11,923 nt of DNA from Candidatus Bipolaricaulia bacterium. GTDB taxonomy: Bacteria; Bipolaricaulota; Bipolaricaulia; JBHIAT01. The stretch spans positions 1 through 11,923 of the forward strand of contig JBHIAT010000115.1 of NCBI GenBank assembly GCA_046758705.1, read 5' to 3'. Below are positions 6,467 to 11,923 of the stretch, piece by piece. Numbering within the stretch: the stretch's first letter is position 1; every line of letters begins with the position of its first letter. A program made the translations under genes and the position numbers. Under the pieces are notes generated by a model, which was not told the origin of the DNA, made no database searches, and saw only the letters and a list, made by a program, of their open reading frames with translations.

Positions 6467-6982
6467 TCAGCGGGGACCGTTCCCCAGCTGCCTTGCATCT
6501 TGGATAAACTCGCTGACCACCCCTCTGAACCTTCGCCAGTCGAGGATCAACGCCAGGACGATCCAGGCGATGAAGATATAGGCCGCCTCCGGAGCTTCCA
6601 GATAGGCGATCACCAACGGAAGCACCACGAGCGGCAGAGCGAACAGCTCTGTGATCGCTTTGGATCGCGACTTGATCATGAAGATCCCGGCGATCACGGT
6701 GTAGATGAGAGCGGGCAGCGCGGGAACGAATCCGGCGAGCACCATGTAGACGAGGCCGGCGAGGACCATCACCATGTCGAATGGAAAGTCCTTGTCACTG
6801 ATCCAGGTGGGCTCTTCTGAGCTCCGTTTGGCCAGCCGGCCATCCAGGATGTCCGTCGTCCAACCGAAGATCGTCAGAAAGACGACCGCTTCCAAAGCGC
6901 GCTTTCCGGCGAACCCCAACAACAGAATGATGAGAGCGATACCCCCTCGAGAAAGCGTCAATGTATCCGCGAGACGCCTCAT
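6467..6982 (-). CDS. CDP-alcohol phosphatidyltransferase family membrane protein
   Basis: ADTLTLSR, then TDILDGRLAKR...DFPFD (DxxDGxxAR..DxxxD signature) and about five hydrophobic segments. Likely start is ATG 6982; the ORF track extends to 7051. Confidence 0.82.
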   Translation of the reverse strand: MRRLADTLTLSRGGIALIILLLGFAGKRALEAVVFLTIFGWTTDILDGRLAKRSSEEPTWISDKDFPFDMVMVLAGLVYMVLAGFVPALPALIYTVIAGIFMIKSRSKAITELFALPLVVLPLVIAYLEAPEAAYIFIAWIVLALILDWRRFRGVVSEFIQDARQLGNGPR

Positions 6983-7053
6983 GACATTTTGCCCCTTGAC
7001 TCTCATTTTTGTTATTATACCGTACTCCGACCTCGAATGCCACCCCGTCATCC

Positions 7054-7083
7054 TTGATCTTCTCTATCTCCCTCCCGTAGAAT
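7054..7083 (+). promoter_or_regulatory. Candidate sigma70 promoter for the trpBA-aro operon
   Basis: TTGATC (7054-7059), 18-bp spacer, TAGAAT (7078-7083), 33 bp upstream of the trpB ATG. Confidence 0.45.
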
Positions 7084-7116
7084 ATTTCCATAGTAGACGT
7101 TAGGATGTGCTGACCT

Positions 7117-8361
7117 ATGAAAAGTGGAACCAAGGTGGAGAATCATCGGGGGAGATCTCCGGAAAAACTCTCGACCCTGCCGGAGACCGGATGGTTCGGA
7201 GAGTACGGGGGCCGATTCTATCCGGAGGCGTTGATGCCGGCCCTGGAGGGGCTTGAGGAGGCGTATACGGCCCTCCAGGACGACGACGCGTTCCGGCTCG
7301 AGCTGCGCCGCTACTGGGAGGAGTATGAAGGACGTCCCTCCCCACTATATAAAGCGAGCAACCTGAGTGAATATGCCGGCGGGGCGAAGATCTATCTCAA
7401 GCGGGAGGACCTGATCCACGGCGGTGGCCACAGCCTCAACAACGCGCTGGGCCAGATCCTGCTCGCCAAACGGATGGGCAAAAGACGGGTGATCGCCGAG
7501 ACCGGATCGGGTCGACACGGGATCGCGGTGGCGATGGCTGGGGCTCTGCTTGAGGTCGAGGTCGAGATCTTTATGGGGGCCATGGATTTCGACGCGCGTC
7601 GCGCGGAGATCGATGAGATGGAGATGATTGGAGTCCGGGTGCACCGGGTTTCGGACGGTAGAGGAGGGTTGACAGGGGCGATCAACACGACGTTGCGTGT
7701 CTGGATGCAGGACCTGGAAACGACCTATTATCTGCCGAGCACCGCTGTCGGGCCGCATCCCTATCCGATGATCGTCCGGAACTTCCAGAGCGTTATCGGA
7801 GATGAGATCAAAGGTCAGATACTGAGAAAGGAGGGCCGGCTTCCGGACCTGTTGGTCGTCTGCGTCGGCGGCGGAGGCAGCGCCATCGGGACCTTCTATC
7901 CGTTTGTCGACGATGAAGCGGTGAGGTTTCTGGGAGTGGAGGGCGGAGGGCAGGGTCTGGAAAGCGGCCGTCATGCGTCCAAACTGGTTGCCGGGAGTGT
8001 CGGGGTTCTCTACGGGGTGAAGACCTACCTGCTCCAGGACGACAGCGGACGGGTCGTTCCCCCCCGCAGCCTTGCGGCCGACCTCACCTATCCAACGGTC
8101 TCCCCGGAGCTCTCGTTCTACAAAGAGATAGGACGGGCGGAGTATATCTCCGTGACCGATGAGCAAGCGATGGAGGGTTTTCGATCTCTGGCACAGCTGG
8201 AAGGCATCCTGCCTGCCCTGGAGTCTGCCCATGCGATCTATGCCGGCCTGGAGCGGGCAAGGCAGATGGAGCGCGATCAGGTGGTGGTGCTCACCGTGTC
8301 GGGCCGGGGGGAGCGGGATATCGGATTGCTGAAGATGAAGACCGCAGGGTTGGGACCATGA
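7117..8361 (+). CDS. trpB: Tryptophan synthase beta-subunit homologue lacking the PLP-binding lysine (probably not a canonical TrpB enzyme)
   Basis: Full-length TrpB1 motifs: FGEYGGRF, GRPSPLY, IYLKREDL, IAETG, GPHPYPMIVRNFQSVIG, EGILPALESAHA, SGRG. The canonical HTGAHKINN reads HGGGHSLNN here. Confidence 0.9.
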   Translation: MKSGTKVENHRGRSPEKLSTLPETGWFGEYGGRFYPEALMPALEGLEEAYTALQDDDAFRLELRRYWEEYEGRPSPLYKASNLSEYAGGAKIYLKREDLIHGGGHSLNNALGQILLAKRMGKRRVIAETGSGRHGIAVAMAGALLEVEVEIFMGAMDFDARRAEIDEMEMIGVRVHRVSDGRGGLTGAINTTLRVWMQDLETTYYLPSTAVGPHPYPMIVRNFQSVIGDEIKGQILRKEGRLPDLLVVCVGGGGSAIGTFYPFVDDEAVRFLGVEGGGQGLESGRHASKLVAGSVGVLYGVKTYLLQDDSGRVVPPRSLAADLTYPTVSPELSFYKEIGRAEYISVTDEQAMEGFRSLAQLEGILPALESAHAIYAGLERARQMERDQVVVLTVSGRGERDIGLLKMKTAGLGP

Positions 8362-9146
8362 GCGACATCGGGCTCAAGTTTCGAGAGCTGAAGGAGCGGG
8401 GGGAACGGGCACTGATCGTGTATCTGGTCGCCGGAGATCCTTATATCGAATACAGTCGCGAGTTTATCCGAGCACTTGAGGCAGGGGGTGCCGATATGAT
8501 CGGAATCGGGGTTCCTTCCTCCCAATTGATCGTCGAGAGCCCGGTGGTCTGGGATGCACACCTCAGGGCGCTCAACGCCGACATCACCCTCCAGGATGTG
8601 TTAAACCTGATCGAGGAGGTGCGAAGGACGTCGGAGATCCCCATCATCCTGATCAGTTACTATAACCCAATCCTGAAAATGGGCGAGTGGATGTTCATGG
8701 AGCGTTGTGGGGAGCTGAAGGTGGACGGGGTGATGGTCGTGGATCTCCCCCTGGAAGAGGGCGAGGACTACAGTGAACGGGCACGGCGCAACGGGATCGC
8801 CCCGATCTTCTCACTGTCACCGCGATCCGGGTCGAACCGTATTATGGCGATCGGGGCGCGGAGGAACGGGTTTTTACACCTCATCGGCGTGGAGATGGAT
8901 GAACAGGGGGCAGCTCAAACTTGGATCGGAGAGCTGCGTCCCCAGCTTCCTGAGCGGCTGCCTCTGGTGATCGAATGTCGAGGCACGAGCATCGACCAGG
9001 CCGGAATCGCGGCACTACTCCGTTTGGGTGTCGACGGGGTGATCATCTGGGATGCTCTCGTTGAGCGGATCGGCCGGGGAGAGAACCTGGAGCAGATCCA
9101 GTGGTACATCGGTGAACTGAAGGGTGGAACGACGATCGGCGGATAA
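8358..9146 (+). CDS. trpA: Tryptophan synthase alpha-subunit homologue with a degenerate active site
   Basis: 262 aa, ATGA overlap with trpB; RALIVYLVAGDP, GGADMI, RAL, PIILISYYNPI and VDGVMVVDLPLEE motifs. The catalytic segment ELGxPFSDPxADGP reads GIGVPSSQLIVESP. Confidence 0.88.
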   Translation: MSDIGLKFRELKERGERALIVYLVAGDPYIEYSREFIRALEAGGADMIGIGVPSSQLIVESPVVWDAHLRALNADITLQDVLNLIEEVRRTSEIPIILISYYNPILKMGEWMFMERCGELKVDGVMVVDLPLEEGEDYSERARRNGIAPIFSLSPRSGSNRIMAIGARRNGFLHLIGVEMDEQGAAQTWIGELRPQLPERLPLVIECRGTSIDQAGIAALLRLGVDGVIIWDALVERIGRGENLEQIQWYIGELKGGTTIGG

Positions 9147-9209
9147 CAGGGGACAGGTGCCCGCCATCGTACTCCGTGGCTGCGGACGAGGCTGGAGTGG
9201 AGTTGGAGT

Positions 9210-9770
9210 ATGGCCCCAATCATGAACGTGAACGAGAACATCTATCTGATCGGTTTCATGGGTGCAGGAAAGAGCACTGTGGGATTGTTGTTGGCCGAGC
9301 GCACCGATCGAATATATGTCGATACCGATCAGTTGATCGTGGAACAGGTTGAGAGATCGATCGCCGCGATCTTTGCCGATAACGGTGAGAAATACTTCCG
9401 GGATTTGGAATCTGAGATCATTAAAGAGATCTCACGCCAGGAAGGGCTGGTGGTGGCCCTCGGCGGGGGAGCCCCGATCCGCCGCAGGAACTGGGGACGG
9501 ATCGAGCGAACCGGGGTCAGTGTCTATCTCATGGCGAAGCCGAGGACGCTCCTCGAGCGAATCGAGACTGAGGGTGAGGGACGGGAAGAACGGCCGTTGC
9601 TCGCTGGGTTGAGCCGCCAGGAGAAGTTGGCAAGGATCGAGGAGATGCTCTATCAGCGCGCTCCCTATTATATGCAGGCGACGCTCATTGTCCCCAACGA
9701 GCACCGTGCCCCGGAGATGGTCGTCGACGAGATCTTGAGTGGGTTGGCCGAGCTGTATGGCGAGGATTGA
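9210..9770 (+). CDS. aroK: Shikimate kinase
   Basis: NIYLIGFMGAGKSTVG (Walker A), DTD, GEKYFRDLE, LGGG, RPLL and RAPYY. The start could alternatively be ATG 9222. Confidence 0.96.
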   Translation: MAPIMNVNENIYLIGFMGAGKSTVGLLLAERTDRIYVDTDQLIVEQVERSIAAIFADNGEKYFRDLESEIIKEISRQEGLVVALGGGAPIRRRNWGRIERTGVSVYLMAKPRTLLERIETEGEGREERPLLAGLSRQEKLARIEEMLYQRAPYYMQATLIVPNEHRAPEMVVDEILSGLAELYGED

Positions 9771-10882
9771 CCGACACCGACATGGGACGAATCGATGTCG
9801 TGCTCAGCGAACCGGACGAGCGAAGCTATCCGATCTACATCGGGAACGGCCTGTTAGGTGCGGTGGGGTCCCACTATCGTGATCACGGCCTCGGGCCTCG
9901 GACGGCGATCATCACCGACGTGACCGTTGAGCGGCTCTATGGCACCGGGATCGCGGGTTACCTGGCGGATGCGGGCGTCCAGGTCGATACGATCGCGGTT
10001 TCGACCGGAGAGACGGCCAAGACGTTGGCCACGGCTGATACCGTCTATGACGCTCTGATCACCGGAAGGCATGAGCGAAGCTCAACGATCATCGCGCTCG
10101 GGGGCGGGGTGATCGGTGATCTGGCCGGGTTCGTCGCCGCCACCTTCCTACGCGGTCTCCCACTGGTTCAGATTCCCACCACATTGCTGGCTCAGGTGGA
10201 CAGCAGCGTCGGTGGGAAGACGGGGGTCAACCACCGCCTGGGGAAGAACCTGATCGGCACTTTCTACCATCCTCGGTTTGTGCTTATCGATCCCCAGGTG
10301 TTAAGCACGCTGCCCGAGCGGGAGCGCTGGGCAGGGCTGGTTGAGGTGATCAAGTACGGCCTGATCCGGGATGAGCAGCTGTTTCGGCTGCTGGAGTCGC
10401 AGTTGGAAGGGCTGGCTGGCCTCCAGGACGGTCGAACGCTGAACCAGGTGATCGAGACCTGCTGCCGGATCAAGGCGGAGGTGGTCGGTCGGGACGAACG
10501 GGAGCACGGGCTGCGCCGCATCCTGAACTTCGGCCACACCATCGGACACGCTCTTGAGGTGGCCACCGGATACGAGCGGCTGAGGCACGGGGAGGCGGTT
10601 GCCCTGGGGATGTGGGCCGAGGCGTGGTTGTCCCATCGGGAAGGCCTGTTGAGCCAAGCAGAGTTGGCTCGGATCGAGGATCTTTTGGATCGGGTGCCGG
10701 TTCCTGACCTCGCTGAGATCGATGCAGGGCAGTTAATGGATCGGATGCGTTCGGATAAGAAGGTCGAGGCGGGAAGGATCCGGTTCGTGCTGCTTGAACG
10801 AATCGGAGAGGCGATTGTCCGAGAGGTGAACGACGCCCGCATCCTGGAAGCGATCGAACGCCTCCAGCAAAAGGCAAAATGA
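9767..10882 (+). CDS. aroB: 3-dehydroquinate synthase
   Basis: [65 protein letters not shown] and HGEAV. The TTG start overlaps the aroK stop; ATG 9782 is an alternative. Confidence 0.97.
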   Translation: MTDTDMGRIDVVLSEPDERSYPIYIGNGLLGAVGSHYRDHGLGPRTAIITDVTVERLYGTGIAGYLADAGVQVDTIAVSTGETAKTLATADTVYDALITGRHERSSTIIALGGGVIGDLAGFVAATFLRGLPLVQIPTTLLAQVDSSVGGKTGVNHRLGKNLIGTFYHPRFVLIDPQVLSTLPERERWAGLVEVIKYGLIRDEQLFRLLESQLEGLAGLQDGRTLNQVIETCCRIKAEVVGRDEREHGLRRILNFGHTIGHALEVATGYERLRHGEAVALGMWAEAWLSHREGLLSQAELARIEDLLDRVPVPDLAEIDAGQLMDRMRSDKKVEAGRIRFVLLERIGEAIVREVNDARILEAIERLQQKAK

Positions 10883-11325
10883 AGCGAATTTTGGTCGTTC
10901 ATGGACCGAACCTGAACCTGCTCGGCGAGCGGGAACCCGGGGTTTACGGAGACCGGGGCCTGAGGGAGTTGAACGCGATGATTGAGCGGTTCGCCGAGGT
11001 GCAGGGGCTGCAGGTTCGCATCTATCAATCGAATCACGAAGGCCGGATTATCGACCGCATCCACGCGAATCGACGCTGGGCCGACGGGATCGTCATCAAC
11101 CCGGGCGCGTTCACCCACTACAGCTACGCGATCCGTGATGCAATCGCCGCCGTCGGGCTGCCGACGGTCGAAGTCCACCTCTCCGATATCGACCGCCGGG
11201 AACCGTTTCGCCGCATCTCGGTGATCGCCCCGGTCTGCATCGAGCAGATCTCGGGGAAGGGCTTCGACAGTTACATCGAAGGGATTCGAACCCTGCTTGA
11301 CCAGGACAAGGGTCTGCTCGTTTGA
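10879..11325 (+). CDS. aroQ: Type II 3-dehydroquinate dehydratase
   Basis: [39 protein letters not shown] and EVHLS..REPFR; ATGA overlap with aroB. Confidence 0.97.
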   Translation: MKRILVVHGPNLNLLGEREPGVYGDRGLRELNAMIERFAEVQGLQVRIYQSNHEGRIIDRIHANRRWADGIVINPGAFTHYSYAIRDAIAAVGLPTVEVHLSDIDRREPFRRISVIAPVCIEQISGKGFDSYIEGIRTLLDQDKGLLV

Positions 11326-11346
11326 GGTTTGAGATTCAACCGTACA

Positions 11347-11856
11347 TCATGGCTGCGAGGCATCGTCGGAGGTGAACGGCAGGGATGAGACCACCAGGGA
11401 CGAGCCCTCTTCAGAGATTCCCTGAAGGGTGAAGAAGCCAAGCCGCGCCTCGATCGCATACTTGAAGTTGCCGCGATCGGTCCCGTACAGCTCCCCGGAG
11501 TTTGGATACATCCCTTTGATATCGAGGATCCGGCCGTCCGCGGCGATGAACGCGATCTCCAGGGGAGCGAGCACATTGTTCATGTGAACTTGAGCATCGA
11601 TCTCCACTTCGAAGACGAACAAGATGATCGTCTCCTCGATCACCGTCTTGGGGATGTACTGGAATCCAGCGTACCATTCGTGGGGCTCATCGGCGACTCG
11701 GACGGTCATCCGGATCACTTCGCCCGCGTCGTTGATCATCTCGATCTCGGCCGGTTCCATCGCCTCCAGGATGCCGAGTCCGGCCGGTTGGGCCGTTGTC
11801 ACACCCGAAAATGCAACCCCAATTCCGAACAGAATCAGCAGGACATTGTTCGTCAT
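11347..11856 (-). CDS. DUF192-family exported protein
   Basis: Signal-peptide-like N-terminus; VRVADEP..WYAGFQ, ILFVF, HMNNVLAPLEIAFIAADGRILDI and YAIEARLGFF match the DUF192 pattern. ATG 11856 follows AGGAGGAG. Confidence 0.8.
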   Translation of the reverse strand: MTNNVLLILFGIGVAFSGVTTAQPAGLGILEAMEPAEIEMINDAGEVIRMTVRVADEPHEWYAGFQYIPKTVIEETIILFVFEVEIDAQVHMNNVLAPLEIAFIAADGRILDIKGMYPNSGELYGTDRGNFKYAIEARLGFFTLQGISEEGSSLVVSSLPFTSDDASQP

Positions 11857-11923
11857 CTCTTTCTCCTCCTTATTGCCGGTCAATACACCGGACTTCAGTC
11901 CGCGTGATCCGGTATGCTACGAT

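Noticed and set aside
6983-7116. trp attenuator or T-box upstream of trpB
   Set aside because: No Trp-codon leader peptide, terminator/antiterminator pair or T-box motif is visible, and the space after the candidate promoter is only ~33 bp.
7117-9146. Labelling trpB and trpA as pseudogenes
   Set aside because: No frameshifts or premature stops, normal lengths and preserved coupling; kept as CDS with degenerate active sites.
7345-11178. Long minus-strand ORFs 7345..8232 and 10264..11178
   Set aside because: Antisense shadows of trpB and aroB/aroQ.

Overview
A bacterial window, mostly GC-rich, with two parts. (1) Bases 1-3280 are an accessory block read on the minus strand. It holds the leader-proximal end of a CRISPR array (four 37-bp repeats, 35-39 bp spacers, cut off by the window edge) and its leader. 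About 520 bp from the array is an apparently complete IS607-family element (serine-recombinase TnpA plus a ~544-aa TnpB with all three RuvC residues) in the same orientation. No cas genes are visible. The element is bounded by an AGGAGG direct repeat and truncates an M20-peptidase-like gene whose remainder is not on the other side. (2) Bases 3236-11923 hold housekeeping-type genes: mutY with a near-canonical Nudix box, a CPBP/Abi protease, a GT4 glycolipid-synthase-like enzyme, a CDP-alcohol phosphatidyltransferase, trpB-trpA-aroK-aroB-aroQ and a DUF192-like protein. Two observations stand out. TrpB and TrpA are full-length, uninterrupted and translationally coupled, yet both have substitutions at catalytic positions (TrpB PLP-lysine to Ser; TrpA Glu49 to Gly, Asp60 to Glu), suggesting a pseudo-enzyme or repurposed complex. 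The IS607 TnpB next to a CRISPR leader resembles the arrangement proposed for early type V (Cas12n-like) systems. All family assignments come from motif recognition by eye; no database search was run.
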